The notes below the pieces were generated by a model. That model saw only the letters and a list, made by a program, of their open reading frames with translations. It had not been told where the DNA came from and ran no database searches. A program made the translations under genes and the position numbers. From positions 3,241 to 67,240 of the forward strand of contig WPAE01000002.1 in the NCBI GenBank assembly GCA_009773205.1: a DNA stretch of 64,000 nucleotides, written 5' to 3'. The first letter of the stretch is position 1; each line of letters begins with the position of its first letter. This stretch comes from Ignavibacteria bacterium (GTDB lineage Bacteria > Bacteroidota > Ignavibacteria > Ignavibacteriales > Melioribacteraceae). Positions 18,864-29,945 of this stretch are shown in pieces.

Positions 18864-19626
18864 TATCTATTACTCGGTTATAGAATCTTTGGTTTTTGCT
18901 AGCGATGAACCAATCACTCCGCAAGAAATTATGAATGCTATTAAAGGAATTGATGGACATGACTCGGATGTTGATTCTAATGAGATAGATTCTGCCGTTG
19001 ATGAGCTGAATAAAAAATATGAAGAAAGCGGAAGTGCTTTTACAATTCTTAAAATTGCACACGGTTATTCATTTGCAACAAGACCAAGCCACGCAAAGTA
19101 TGTAGGATTTCTTTCCACAGAAAAAAGTAAAAGAAGATTAAGCAACGCTGCGCTCGAAACGCTTGCAATTATAGCTTACAAGCAGCCTCTTACAAAACCG
19201 GAATTGGAAATGATTCGCGGCGTAAACTCTGATTATACTTTAAACACTTTATTAGAGAAAAACCTTGTTACAATTTCTGGTAGAGCTGAAAGCGTTGGAA
19301 GACCTTTGCTGTATGTAACAACAGATGAATTTCTCAAATACTTTGGGTTGCATTCGATAAATGATTTACCCAAGCCGCGAGAAATAGAGGAAATTATGAA
19401 AGATGAAGATTTCTTAGAGCAGAAAAGAAAAATTATGATGGGTAATTTGGAAGAAGAAGCCGAAGCTGCGTTGGAAAGAGAAATTACTCGCGGTACTGAT
19501 GAAGACTCTGATGAGATCATTGATGAATCTGAAACTGAATTAAAAAAAGAAGAGCAAGAGGGAGAAGTAACCTCGTTTGATGAAAATGAATTAGGAGCAG
19601 ATGAAGATGAAGGTAAGACTAAATAG
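18856..19626 (+). CDS. scpB: SMC-Scp complex subunit ScpB with acidic tail
   Basis: IESLVFAS, LSNAALETLAIIAYKQP, IRGVNSD, GRPLLY.TT..FL. Confidence 0.95.
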   Translation: MDNIYYSVIESLVFASDEPITPQEIMNAIKGIDGHDSDVDSNEIDSAVDELNKKYEESGSAFTILKIAHGYSFATRPSHAKYVGFLSTEKSKRRLSNAALETLAIIAYKQPLTKPELEMIRGVNSDYTLNTLLEKNLVTISGRAESVGRPLLYVTTDEFLKYFGLHSINDLPKPREIEEIMKDEDFLEQKRKIMMGNLEEEAEAALEREITRGTDEDSDEIIDESETELKKEEQEGEVTSFDENELGADEDEGKTK

Positions 19627-20320
19627 ATTTCTTTCAGAAGCGGGTATCGCTTCGCGGAGAAAATCTGAAGAGTATATTAAAGATGGACGCGTTACTGTTA
19701 ATGGTAAACTTATCTATGATCTTGCAACTACGATTGATGAAGAAAATGATATAGTAAAAGTTGACGGTGAAAGAATACGCCCGGAAACAAAAGTTTACTT
19801 TTTGCTGAACAAGCCGAAAGGATTTATTACTACGACTGAAGATGAAAAAGGAAGAAAGACAGTTGTAGATTTAATTAAGACCAATGCAAAAATATTTCCA
19901 GTTGGCAGATTAGATTACGATACAACCGGTGTTCTGCTTCTTACAAACGATGGAGACTTTGCTAATTTTTTGATGCATCCAAGTAACAAAATTCCGAGAG
20001 AGTATAAAGTTGCGCTGGATAAGCCGATTGAAGACGAGCATAGATTCAAACTCACAAAAGGAATAACATTAGAAGGGAAAAAAGGCAGGTTTGAGAAAAT
20101 ATTCTATGCTCATAAAGATCATAAAGACAAGCTAGTTGCAACAACTGTAGAAGGAAGAAATCATTTTGTTAAAAGAATGTTTGGCGCTCTTGGGTATAAT
20201 GTTAAGAAGCTGGAAAGATTAAGCTATGCCGGTTTTACAACTAAAGGAATTCCAACCGGTTCTTACAGAATAATTTCTGATGTTGAAATAAGAAGCATAT
20301 ATGAACAATACAGCCGCTAA
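19607..20320 (+). CDS. rluB: rRNA pseudouridine synthase (RluB/RsuA family)
   Basis: S4 domain RLNRFLSEAGIASRR; LNKPKG; GRLDYDTTG catalytic Asp. Confidence 0.88.
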   Translation: MKVRLNRFLSEAGIASRRKSEEYIKDGRVTVNGKLIYDLATTIDEENDIVKVDGERIRPETKVYFLLNKPKGFITTTEDEKGRKTVVDLIKTNAKIFPVGRLDYDTTGVLLLTNDGDFANFLMHPSNKIPREYKVALDKPIEDEHRFKLTKGITLEGKKGRFEKIFYAHKDHKDKLVATTVEGRNHFVKRMFGALGYNVKKLERLSYAGFTTKGIPTGSYRIISDVEIRSIYEQYSR

Positions 20321-21812
20321 AATTATTCTTCTGCTTTTATTTACTGCTAATTTTGCTTTTGCGCAAGTAACACATAAAGATACATTGAGCGAGAGGAGAA
20401 CTTCGCCTGCAGTAAATCCATTAACTGAGTTGAAAGAACAACTTGATGATTTCTTTGGCGATAAAAGCTTTAACAATGCGGTTTGGGGCGTTATGGTAAA
20501 ATCTTTGAAAACTGGTGAAGTTATTTACAGACGCAATGCCGATAAGCTTTTCACTCCGGCTTCTAACATGAAACTCTTTACAAGCGCTGCTGCATTTTTG
20601 AGTTTAGGTTCAAACTACAAATATCAAACATCATTTATGGGAAATGGTGAATTTCTTCGAGGAACTCTTAAGGGCGATTTAATTATACAAGGTTCTGGCG
20701 ATCCAACTTTTTCTAACCGGTTTTATAGCAGCAGCAAAAAGATTTTTGAAGACTGGGCTGACACACTTAAAGCAAAAGGCATTTACGAAATAACCGGAGA
20801 TATTTACGGCGATGACTCCGCATTTGATAATATCGGTTTTGGAAAAGGCTGGCATTTAGATTACGAATCAAGCTGGTTTGCTTCTCCTTCATCCGCTCTT
20901 AGTTTTAACGATAACATAATTGAAATTAGAATTGAACCCAGCGAAATTAACTTTCCGGCTAAAGTAAGTATTGACCCCGATACCAGATTTGTAACTATTC
21001 TTCCTAAAGTTCTTACTGCAGATGAAAGTGCCGAATCTAATATTAAAGCTGCTCGGGTTAGAGGCACTAACCTTATTACTGTTAGCGGGCAAATTGCAAA
21101 AGGAACGAAAACTATAACAGAGCATGTATCAATTTCGAATCCTTCGCTATACTTTCTTACCGTACTTCGAGAAGTTCTAGAGAAAAGCGGTATTGTAATT
21201 CGCGGAAAAATTGTTCGTTTAGATGAAGCTGATAAAAATATTGATCAAAATAACCTTGTTCCAATTTTTAACCATACTTCGGTTCCTTTAAGACTTATAA
21301 TAAGAGAAATGAATAAGAACAGTAATAATTTTTACGCAGAGCAGATTTTGAAAACTATTGGTTTAGAGGAAAATGATTTAGGTACTGTTGATAATGGTGT
21401 CAAAACTAGCAAAATTCTTTTCAACGATATGGGAATTAACTCGGAGAGTATGGTTCTCGCTGATGGTTCCGGTTTATCGAGATTAAATTTAGTTACGCCA
21501 AGACAAATTATAAACTTGCTTACATACATGTACAAGCATGAAGACTTTATTAAATATTACGAATCACTACCGATTGCCGGAATTGATGGAACAATGGCAG
21601 ATAGAATGAAACGCACTGTTGCTCAAAATAATGTTCACGCCAAACCAGGTTACAACGAATTTGTTTCCTCACTTTCTGGTTATTTGAAAACAATTTCCGG
21701 CGAGCCGCTTGTATTTTCTATGATTGTAAATAATTACTTAACACCACCGGCTTTAGCAAACTACATTCACGATAATGTATGCCAAAGGTTAATAAATTTT
21801 AATAGAAACTAA
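20301..21812 (+). CDS. dacB: D-alanyl-D-alanine carboxypeptidase/endopeptidase (PBP4)
   Basis: PASNMK (SxxK), SNNFYAE (SxN), DGSGLSR, AKPG in place of KTG. Confidence 0.92.
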   Translation: MNNTAAKIILLLLFTANFAFAQVTHKDTLSERRTSPAVNPLTELKEQLDDFFGDKSFNNAVWGVMVKSLKTGEVIYRRNADKLFTPASNMKLFTSAAAFLSLGSNYKYQTSFMGNGEFLRGTLKGDLIIQGSGDPTFSNRFYSSSKKIFEDWADTLKAKGIYEITGDIYGDDSAFDNIGFGKGWHLDYESSWFASPSSALSFNDNIIEIRIEPSEINFPAKVSIDPDTRFVTILPKVLTADESAESNIKAARVRGTNLITVSGQIAKGTKTITEHVSISNPSLYFLTVLREVLEKSGIVIRGKIVRLDEADKNIDQNNLVPIFNHTSVPLRLIIREMNKNSNNFYAEQILKTIGLEENDLGTVDNGVKTSKILFNDMGINSESMVLADGSGLSRLNLVTPRQIINLLTYMYKHEDFIKYYESLPIAGIDGTMADRMKRTVAQNNVHAKPGYNEFVSSLSGYLKTISGEPLVFSMIVNNYLTPPALANYIHDNVCQRLINFNRN

Positions 21813-21839
21813 AACGATTGATTCAAATAGGAGGATAGA

Positions 21840-23348
21840 TTGGAAAATGTAAATATGGAACAAGATATTAATTCTTTGATGCAAAGAAGACTTGATGAAT
21901 TGCATGAGTTGAATCAAAAAGGAATTCCCGCTTTTGCATACAGCTTCGATGTTGATTCTTATTCAAACGAAATAAAAGACAATTACGAAAAATTTGAAAA
22001 CAAAGATGTTAAGATTGCCGGAAGAATTATGGCTATTCGCAGAATGGGCAAAGCTTCTTTTGCGCATATTCAAGATCATCGCGGAAGAATACAAATCTAT
22101 ATTAAGAAAGATGATATTGGTGAGTATTACGATGTTTTCAAACTTCTTGATATTGGAGATATAATTGGCGTAAACGGATTTGTATTCAAAACAAAAACCG
22201 GCGAAACTTCTGTTCACGCTAAATCGTTCCATCTTCTTACAAAATCTATTCGTCCTATACCAATTGCAAAAGAGCAGATTGATGAAAACGGTAACAAAGT
22301 TATTCACGATCAGTTCACCGATAAAGAAATGCGTTACCGCCAGCGTTATGTAGATTTGGTTGTGAATCCAGAAGTGAAAGAAGTGTTTGTTCTCCGCTCA
22401 AAAATTGTTACAGAAATTAGAAGATATCTCGATGCAAACGGATTACTAGAAGTTGAAACTCCGATATTGCAGCCGTTGTATGGCGGCGCATCTGCAAGAC
22501 CTTTTGTAACTCATCATAATGCATTAGATGTTGATTTGTATTTAAGAATTGCTGATGAGCTTTATCTTAAAAGATTAATTGTTGGCGGGTTCGACGGCGT
22601 TTACGAAATCTCTAAAGATTTTAGAAACGAAGGAATGGATAGAACCCATAATCCAGAGTTTACTATGCTTGAACTTTATGTTGCTTATAAAGATTATTTC
22701 TGGATGATGAAATTTGTTGAAAACATGATTGCTGATCTTGCTCAAAATGTTTTCGGAAAAACAGAATTTGAAATTGAAGGAAACATCATCAACTTCAAAC
22801 CGCCTTGGCAAAGAATTTCTATGGTGGATGAGTTGAAAAACAAAGTTGGTGTAGATGTTCTTGCAGCTACAAGTGATGAATTAATAAAAATTCTAAAGAG
22901 CAGACATGTTGATTTAGAAGGAGGCGAAAGCAAAGGCAAGTTAATTGACATGCTTTTTGAAGTAACTATACAAGGAAGTTTAATTCAACCAACATTTGTT
23001 ACAGATTATCCGGTCGAACTTTCTCCGCTGGCAAAGAAACACAGAACAAGAGAAGGTTTAGTTGAACGTTTTGAAGGTTTCGTTCTTGGAAGGGAAATAT
23101 GCAATGCTTTCAGTGAATTGAACGACCCGATTGAACAGAAAAATAGATTTGAAGATCAAAACAAAATGCGTGAAGAAGGTGATGATGAAGCTCATCAGAT
23201 TGATGAAGATTTTGTACGAGCACTTGAGTATGGAATGCCGCCAACTGCCGGTCTTGGAATTGGTATTGACAGATTAGTTATGCTGCTTACTAATCAATCA
23301 TCTATCAGAGATGTTTTGTTATTCCCTCAAATGAGACCACAGAAATAA
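21840..23348 (+). CDS. lysS: Lysine--tRNA ligase (class II)
   Basis: [45 protein letters not shown]; TTG after AGGAGG. Confidence 0.98.
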   Translation: MENVNMEQDINSLMQRRLDELHELNQKGIPAFAYSFDVDSYSNEIKDNYEKFENKDVKIAGRIMAIRRMGKASFAHIQDHRGRIQIYIKKDDIGEYYDVFKLLDIGDIIGVNGFVFKTKTGETSVHAKSFHLLTKSIRPIPIAKEQIDENGNKVIHDQFTDKEMRYRQRYVDLVVNPEVKEVFVLRSKIVTEIRRYLDANGLLEVETPILQPLYGGASARPFVTHHNALDVDLYLRIADELYLKRLIVGGFDGVYEISKDFRNEGMDRTHNPEFTMLELYVAYKDYFWMMKFVENMIADLAQNVFGKTEFEIEGNIINFKPPWQRISMVDELKNKVGVDVLAATSDELIKILKSRHVDLEGGESKGKLIDMLFEVTIQGSLIQPTFVTDYPVELSPLAKKHRTREGLVERFEGFVLGREICNAFSELNDPIEQKNRFEDQNKMREEGDDEAHQIDEDFVRALEYGMPPTAGLGIGIDRLVMLLTNQSSIRDVLLFPQMRPQK

Positions 23349-23349
23349 C

Positions 23350-24957
23350 ATGAAAAAATTCTTAAACATTTTTCCTTATATATTTTTAGCTCTCGTAGTT
23401 GGCGTTTACTTCGGAATTAAGCTAAGCAGCTATGTTGCTTTTTCTGAGAGCCGAAAGCAAGCCAATAAATTTAGCGAAGTGCTTGAGTTTACAGAAAAAT
23501 ACTATGTTGATTCTGTAAGCTCTGAAAAGTTAGTAGAAGATGCAATAAACGGAATGTTTGAAAGCTTAGATCCACACACAGCTTATGTTGATGTAAAAGA
23601 GCAGAAATCTTCGGAAGAAGAGTTCCGCGGTAACTTTGAAGGAATCGGCGTTGAGTTCCAAATTGTTAACGATACTATAACAGTTGTGTCTCCAATTACC
23701 GGCGGCCCAAGCGAAGCTGTTGGAATTATTTCCGGAGATAGAATTGTAAAGATTGATGGAAAAGACTGCGTAAAATGGAAAAGTGATCAGGTGATAAAAA
23801 AACTTCGCGGCAAAAAGGGAAGTGAAGTTGTACTATCTATCTATCGTCCTTCTGCAAAATTTGTTTCCGAGTACAAAGTGATCCGTGATAGAATCAATCT
23901 CTATTCTGTTGATACTGCAATAATGACAGATAAAGAAACAGGCTACATTAACGTTACTCGTTTTGCAGAAACAACTACACAAGAAACAATTGATGCATTA
24001 GAAAAACTTACTGCTCAAGGAATGAAGCAGCTTGTACTTGATTTGAGAAATAATCCCGGCGGTTACCTAAACCAAGCTTATATGATTGCTGATCTTTTCT
24101 TGAACGATAATAAAATGATAGTTTACACAAAATCACGGAACGAAAGATTTAACGAAGAATTCCGCGCTAACAAAACCTATCCTTACGAAAAAGTGCCTTT
24201 AGTAATTTTGGTCAATGCAGGAAGTGCGTCTGCTTCAGAAATTGTTAGCGGCGCAGTGCAGGATTGGGATCGTGGTTTAATTGTTGGCGAAACAACTTTT
24301 GGCAAAGGACTTGTTCAGCGGCCTGTTGAACTATCTGATGGTTCTGCTGTAAGAATTACTATTGCAAAATATTACACTCCAAGCGGAAGAGAAATTCAAA
24401 GAAATTACAAAGACAAAAGAAAGTATTACGAAGAAATAATGGAAAGGGAAGAAGCCGATAGCAATAATATTAATCACACTGCTGAAAAAGATTCTGTAAA
24501 ACCAAAATATAAAACTAACAGCGGAAGATTTGTTTATGGCGGTGGCGGAATAACTCCAGATTATATTATTGATGCTGGAAAAATTTCAAACTATTCTTTC
24601 GAATTGAGAAAGAATAATATCTATTATCAATTTGTAAGAGAATTCTTAGATAAGAACAACGCTTTAATTAAAAAGAAATATGGAAAAGACTTGCTCACTT
24701 TTAATAACGAGTTCTCATTTTCAGAGCAGCAAATGAATGAGTTTGTGCAATTTGCAGAAAGAATGAAAGTTAAATTTGACGCTAAAGGTTATGCATCAGA
24801 TAAAGAAGCAATTAGATTTCGTTTAAAAGCATTTGTTGCAAGAGACTTATTTAAGAATGATGGCTGGTATTTAAGTTTATTAAGCACTGACCGTCAATTT
24901 AAGAAGGCTGTAAGCATGTTTAATGAAGCAAAGAAAATGAAAGGTTTGCCAAAGTAA
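23350..24957 (+). CDS. S41 C-terminal processing peptidase
   Basis: LDPHT, PDZ GIGV, LDLRNNPGG, SASASEI, TFGKG. Confidence 0.93.
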   Translation: MKKFLNIFPYIFLALVVGVYFGIKLSSYVAFSESRKQANKFSEVLEFTEKYYVDSVSSEKLVEDAINGMFESLDPHTAYVDVKEQKSSEEEFRGNFEGIGVEFQIVNDTITVVSPITGGPSEAVGIISGDRIVKIDGKDCVKWKSDQVIKKLRGKKGSEVVLSIYRPSAKFVSEYKVIRDRINLYSVDTAIMTDKETGYINVTRFAETTTQETIDALEKLTAQGMKQLVLDLRNNPGGYLNQAYMIADLFLNDNKMIVYTKSRNERFNEEFRANKTYPYEKVPLVILVNAGSASASEIVSGAVQDWDRGLIVGETTFGKGLVQRPVELSDGSAVRITIAKYYTPSGREIQRNYKDKRKYYEEIMEREEADSNNINHTAEKDSVKPKYKTNSGRFVYGGGGITPDYIIDAGKISNYSFELRKNNIYYQFVREFLDKNNALIKKKYGKDLLTFNNEFSFSEQQMNEFVQFAERMKVKFDAKGYASDKEAIRFRLKAFVARDLFKNDGWYLSLLSTDRQFKKAVSMFNEAKKMKGLPK

Positions 24958-25551
24958 ATGACTAAGTCAGAAAAATTTAAATTTGCCAATCAATACGGTA
25001 ATGAAGTAAAACTTTTGCCATACGAAAAATCTTTTCCTAAACTTGATGAGAATGTTTTTCTTGCTTCCGGAAGCAAAGTAATTGGCGAGGTAGAAATTGG
25101 AAAAGATTCTTCTGTTTGGTATAACACAGTTGTAAGAGGAGATGTTAATTTCATACGCATTGGAGAGAGAACAAATGTGCAGGATTGCTCAATGCTTCAC
25201 GTAACAAACCAAAAGTTTCCTCTTGTTATTGGAAGTGATGTTACAATAGGTCATAGTGTAACACTTCATGGCTGTATTCTTAAAGATTTATGCTTAATTG
25301 GAATGAACGCTGTTGTTTTAGATGGCGCTGTAATCGAAGAAAAATCTATGGTTGCAGCAGGTGCGGTTGTAAGACCAGGTTTCGTAGTTCCAGCCGGCAT
25401 GCTTGCAGCTGGAGTTCCTGCTAAAATTATACGCAATTTAACCGAAGATGAAATGCAAGAGTTTGAAAGATCATCTAAGCGTTATGTTAAGTACACTGAG
25501 ACTACTATTGATTCATTAGTTGAGTTTCTGCATAAAACGGATTGTAAATGA
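24958..25551 (+). CDS. Gamma carbonic anhydrase family protein
   Basis: VRGDVN.IRIG..TNVQD..LH, TIGHSVTLHGC hexapeptide repeats. Confidence 0.9.
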   Translation: MTKSEKFKFANQYGNEVKLLPYEKSFPKLDENVFLASGSKVIGEVEIGKDSSVWYNTVVRGDVNFIRIGERTNVQDCSMLHVTNQKFPLVIGSDVTIGHSVTLHGCILKDLCLIGMNAVVLDGAVIEEKSMVAAGAVVRPGFVVPAGMLAAGVPAKIIRNLTEDEMQEFERSSKRYVKYTETTIDSLVEFLHKTDCK

Positions 25552-25991
25552 AAAAAGTAAAATTGTTCTCTGAAAAGGGAATAAGGCTCGAAAAGAAATG
25601 TGTTGATAATCTTGTTGCTAAACTACAAGATGAACTTGAATTTGAAATCGAGTCACTCGAGTTTAACTTTGTAGGAACGAACACAATTGTAGAGATTAAC
25701 AAACAACATTTGGAACACAATAATGCTACCGACATAATTACCTTTAATTATTCAGATGAAAGCCATACATTTGATGCCGAAATATTTATCTCTGTGCCGG
25801 TAGCAATGGATAATTCTAAAAAGTATAGGGTAACGCCCGATAATGAACTTGGGAGATTGATTATTCACGGTATCTTGCATTTGATTGGTTACGATGATAA
25901 AACTGCATCTAAGAAAAGAAAAATGAAAAAAACAGAAAACGAATTAACAGAAAAGTACAAAAGATATACTAAAGGACTTCTTAAGAAATGA
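25548..25991 (+). CDS. ybeY: rRNA maturation RNase YbeY
   Basis: TDIITF; HGILHLIGYDD (last His of H3xH5xH replaced by D). Confidence 0.88.
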   Translation: MKKVKLFSEKGIRLEKKCVDNLVAKLQDELEFEIESLEFNFVGTNTIVEINKQHLEHNNATDIITFNYSDESHTFDAEIFISVPVAMDNSKKYRVTPDNELGRLIIHGILHLIGYDDKTASKKRKMKKTENELTEKYKRYTKGLLKK

Positions 25992-26446
25992 CTTCCAAAT
26001 TAGTTGATGTATTAGCAAAAATATTAGAAGGACTTAGCCGTAATGTTTCACTCGAAGAAGTTAGCAAAGGTTTAATAAAGAGCAAGCAGTTCGATGAAAA
26101 CCTTTTAAGCGCAGCATTTTCTTTGGTTTATGATAAAATTTTGCTCAAAACTAGCATAAAAAAAATTGAAGATAACTCAGTAAAGAGAAGCATTAGAATG
26201 CTATCCGAAGATGAAATTAGTTTATTAGGATTAACCAATTATAATTATTTGCTGCATCTAATGAATCTTGGTCTAATAGACATAAATAATTTTGAAACAA
26301 TTCTAAACCAAATTTCATTGTTTCCTGAGCTAATAGTAACACGTAAAGAAATCAATTGGATAATCTTGTTATCTTTGGTTGAGTTTGAAAGTGAACTTTT
26401 GCCAGGCAGCAGATTTCTTTTATATTCTTCCGATACAGTTAATTAA
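25988..26446 (+). CDS. DUF494/Smg-like protein
   Basis: SAAFSL, RMLSEDE..LG..YLLHL..LGLI..FETIL; directly upstream of topA. Confidence 0.7.
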   Translation: MTSKLVDVLAKILEGLSRNVSLEEVSKGLIKSKQFDENLLSAAFSLVYDKILLKTSIKKIEDNSVKRSIRMLSEDEISLLGLTNYNYLLHLMNLGLIDINNFETILNQISLFPELIVTRKEINWIILLSLVEFESELLPGSRFLLYSSDTVN

Positions 26447-26455
26447 GGGCAATTA

Positions 26456-28690
26456 ATGGGCAAAGATTTAATCCTTGTAGAATCACCTTCTAAAGCTAAG
26501 ACGATAAATAAGTATGTTGGAAAAAAATACACCGTAGAAGCTACCGTTGGGCACATTCGTAATCTTCCTAAAACAAAACTTGGTATTGATGTAGATAATG
26601 GTTTTGTTCCTACTTTGCTAAACATTAGAGGCAAAGGAGATTTAATAAAAAAGATTCGAACGCTTGCCGTCAAGTCAGAGAAAATTTATATAGCAACAGA
26701 CCCCGACCGCGAAGGCGAAGCTATTGCACAAGATGTTGTTGATATTTTAGATTCTAAGCTGCACGAGAAAATTGAGCGTGTTTTATTCAATGAAATAACT
26801 AAAAAAGCTGTTACAGAAGCCCTAAATAACACAATTAAAATTGATGAGCATTTAGTTGTATCTCAGCGCGCACGCCGTGTGATGGATAGAATTATTGGTT
26901 ACAAAGTAAGCCCATTTTTATGGCGAGCCGTTATTGATTCTTCCGGGAATACTCTTTCTGCAGGCAGAGTGCAATCCGTTGCGCTTCGCCTGGTCTGCGA
27001 AAGAGAAGAGGAAATTGAAAAATTTATTACCACCGAATATTGGTCGTTGGTTGCTGTCTTTACTACAAAAAATGGAGAAGAACTTACTGCAAAACTTTAC
27101 GAAGTTAATGGCAAACAGATAAAAATTCCTCCTAAGCCTAAAATGACCGAAGAAGAGTGGAGCGAGTTTTTCAAAACAAATTTTGCTATCCCCGGCAAAG
27201 ATATAGCAAATAAGATTTTAGAAATCTTGAAATCAAAAAACAATTATGCAATCAGCGATATTTCTAAGAAAGAAAGCAGAAGAAATCCTTATCCGCCATT
27301 TATTACTAGCGCTCTGCAAGTTGAATCTTCTCGCAAACTTAGATTAAGACCAAGAAGAACTATGATGCTCGCTCAACAATTATACGAAGGAATTGATTTA
27401 GGTTCCGAAGGCACAACCGGTTTGATTACTTACATGAGAACCGACTCAACACGATTAAGCGATGAAATTGTTAATGATGCACGCAGGTTTATTAGTGAAC
27501 GTTATGGCAGCAATTACTTGCCAGAAAAACCTAAGAGCTACGAAAAACAGAATAAGAAAAATGTTCAAGATGCACACGAGGCAATTCGACCTACTTCGTT
27601 AAAATACACTCCGGAGTTTGTTAAAGAATTTTTGGATGATACTCAGTTCAAATTATATGAGCTTATCTGGAAAAGATTTATAGCTTGCCAAATGGAATCT
27701 GCAAGACTTGAAACTACTTCTGTTAACATATCAGCAGATGAATACACTTTTCGTTCTTCCGGCACTACTATTCTTTTCGATGGTTTTCAAATACTATATG
27801 ATGAAACCTCAGAAGAAACCGGAGATAAAGGTGAAAATGGTAGCAGCTTAATTCCTGCAGGTTTACAAGTTAATCACAAAATGGAATTAAAGGATATTAA
27901 TGCAAATCAGCATTTTACAAAACCGCCAGCAAGATTTACAGAAAGTACTCTAATTAAAGAATTAGAGAATAACGGAATTGGAAGACCAAGTACTTATGCA
28001 ATGATTATGGGTACTATTGTTGATAGAGGTTACGTGCAACAACTAGATAGAAAACTTATTCCAACTTCACTTGGAAGAAAAGTAAATACAGTTTTAGTTA
28101 AAAACTTTCCAGACATTATAAATGTTAATTTTACTGCACAGATGGAAGAAGAATTGGATTTAATTGCAAACGGTGAGACAAATTATCTTAGTGTACTGAA
28201 TGATTTTTATGGTCCGTTTATAAAAGACTTAAAAGAAGTTGAAGCAAATTTAGAAAAAATTATTTGTGATAAGTGCGGCGGTGAGCTAGAACTTAAGATT
28301 GGCAGATTTGGCAAATACTTCGCTTGCAATAATTATCCAGAGTGTAAAAACATAAAATCTCTTAAAGAAATTGCCGGCGGTAGTAACGAGCCAGATTACA
28401 CAGGCGAAGATTGCCCCAAGTGCAGCAGCAGAACCGTTTACCGCGAAGGCAAATTTGGCAAGTTTATTGGCTGTGAAAAATATCCGGATTGCGATTTTAC
28501 AAAAGTGATAACACTTGGGTTATCTTGCCCAAAGTGCAATGAAGGTGAAATTGTTACTCGAAGAACTAAACGCGGTAAAATATTCTATGGCTGCAATAAA
28601 TATCCAGATTGCGATTATGCGAGTTGGACTTTGCCAAAGCCAAAAGAAGAGCAAGAAGAACCAGTTGATTCATCCGAAGATGAATATTAA
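26456..28690 (+). CDS. topA: DNA topoisomerase I
   Basis: LVESPSKA, ATDPDREGE, SAGRVQ, GLITYMRTDS, QDAHEAIRP; three C4 zinc ribbons. Confidence 0.98.
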   Translation: MGKDLILVESPSKAKTINKYVGKKYTVEATVGHIRNLPKTKLGIDVDNGFVPTLLNIRGKGDLIKKIRTLAVKSEKIYIATDPDREGEAIAQDVVDILDSKLHEKIERVLFNEITKKAVTEALNNTIKIDEHLVVSQRARRVMDRIIGYKVSPFLWRAVIDSSGNTLSAGRVQSVALRLVCEREEEIEKFITTEYWSLVAVFTTKNGEELTAKLYEVNGKQIKIPPKPKMTEEEWSEFFKTNFAIPGKDIANKILEILKSKNNYAISDISKKESRRNPYPPFITSALQVESSRKLRLRPRRTMMLAQQLYEGIDLGSEGTTGLITYMRTDSTRLSDEIVNDARRFISERYGSNYLPEKPKSYEKQNKKNVQDAHEAIRPTSLKYTPEFVKEFLDDTQFKLYELIWKRFIACQMESARLETTSVNISADEYTFRSSGTTILFDGFQILYDETSEETGDKGENGSSLIPAGLQVNHKMELKDINANQHFTKPPARFTESTLIKELENNGIGRPSTYAMIMGTIVDRGYVQQLDRKLIPTSLGRKVNTVLVKNFPDIINVNFTAQMEEELDLIANGETNYLSVLNDFYGPFIKDLKEVEANLEKIICDKCGGELELKIGRFGKYFACNNYPECKNIKSLKEIAGGSNEPDYTGEDCPKCSSRTVYREGKFGKFIGCEKYPDCDFTKVITLGLSCPKCNEGEIVTRRTKRGKIFYGCNKYPDCDYASWTLPKPKEEQEEPVDSSEDEY

Positions 28691-28705
28691 TTAACTAGGA
28701 TAATT

Positions 28706-29602
28706 ATGAAGCAGCTTGACCTAAAAATTGTTGCTGCTCAAATGCTTACTGAGCTTTCGGGTGTAAACCGTGCATCTGAAAACACAGTCTTTGCTTACAC
28801 GCGCGATATTAACGAGTTTATCAAGTTTTGCCAAGAATTTGACCTTAATGAAATAGATAAAATTTCTGAAAGAACAATTCGGCTTTATGTAATGAATTTA
28901 AGTTCTTGGGAAATTGAAAAATCAACTATATCAAGAAAACTTTCTTCAATTCGCAAATTGTTTGAATATGCTGTAAAAAATGAAATAATTGAAACCAACC
29001 CTATCAATAAGATTCCAAATCCAAAATCAAAAAGAAAATTACCGGAAACAATTAGTCTTGATTCTTTTCTGGAAATTTATAAATTGATTAGTGAAGAAAA
29101 TGATGATATTGCTGCAAAGAGAATTAAAGCTATTTTTGAATTACTGTACGGTTGCGCTTTACGAGTTTCGGAGTTGTGTTCATTAAATATTGGAGACATT
29201 GACTTTAGTAATGCTAGCATTAGAGTATTAGGCAAAGGCTCAAAAACTAGGATTGTTCCATTAGGTGCAAAATCATCAGGAATAATTATGGATTATTTAA
29301 GCGATTCAGAAAGCAAAAATCTAAACTATCCGCTCTTAGTCTCAGAAAGTGGAGCTAGAATAAATAGATTTGAAGTTTATAATTTAGTTAAAAAATACAT
29401 CGGAAAAATTTTAGACATTCACAAAAAAAGTCCTCATACACTTAGGCATAGTGCGGCAACACATATGTTGGATAATGAAGCTGACATAATGGCTGTAAAA
29501 GAAATACTTGGTCACGAAAATTTATCAACAACTCAAATTTATACGCACGTGAGCATCGAACGGCTAAAAAAAACGTACAAAAAAGCCCATCCAAAATCCT
29601 AA
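28706..29602 (+). CDS. xerC: Tyrosine recombinase XerC
   Basis: LYGCALRVSEL, VLGKGSKTR, SPHTLRHSAATHML, LGHENLSTTQIYTHV; topA-xerC-hpf context. Confidence 0.88.
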   Translation: MKQLDLKIVAAQMLTELSGVNRASENTVFAYTRDINEFIKFCQEFDLNEIDKISERTIRLYVMNLSSWEIEKSTISRKLSSIRKLFEYAVKNEIIETNPINKIPNPKSKRKLPETISLDSFLEIYKLISEENDDIAAKRIKAIFELLYGCALRVSELCSLNIGDIDFSNASIRVLGKGSKTRIVPLGAKSSGIIMDYLSDSESKNLNYPLLVSESGARINRFEVYNLVKKYIGKILDIHKKSPHTLRHSAATHMLDNEADIMAVKEILGHENLSTTQIYTHVSIERLKKTYKKAHPKS

Positions 29603-29612
29603 AGGAGTAACT

Positions 29613-29945
29613 ATGAATATCAGAATAACTTCCCGCAAGTTCAAAGCAAAAGAATCTTTAAAAGATTTCCTTAGAAGTGAAATTAAATCTTTAGAAAGAT
29701 TTAATGATCAGATTATGGATTGCAATGTTGTACTTAGTTTTACTCATCTAAAGGATAGTATTAAAACTGCAGAGTTTATCATAAAACTGCCTAAACATAC
29801 TATTACTGTTTCTGTTTCAAGCGATGAGTTTGAAAAATCTGTAACGCTTGCAATTGATAAAATTGTTAAGCAGCTTGTAAAAGTTAAAACTAAAAAACAT
29901 AATAGAAAAAAGGTTGAGCCAAAAGGCGATGTAGATGAAGATTGA
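29613..29945 (+). CDS. hpf: Ribosome hibernation promoting factor (short HPF/RaiA)
   Basis: MNIRITSR, sigma54-modulation/S30EA pattern; upstream of hprK. Confidence 0.85.
   Translation: MNIRITSRKFKAKESLKDFLRSEIKSLERFNDQIMDCNVVLSFTHLKDSIKTAEFIIKLPKHTITVSVSSDEFEKSVTLAIDKIVKQLVKVKTKKHNRKKVEPKGDVDED

Noticed and set aside
19480-19626. Low-complexity acidic tail of ScpB as a repeat element
   Set aside because: Simple Glu/Asp-rich disordered tail with no DNA-level tandem repeat.
28706-29602. Tyrosine recombinase as a prophage or island integrase
   Set aside because: It sits in a topA-xerC-hpf-hprK housekeeping run with no att repeats or cargo, and a dif site is nearby; best read as chromosomal XerC.
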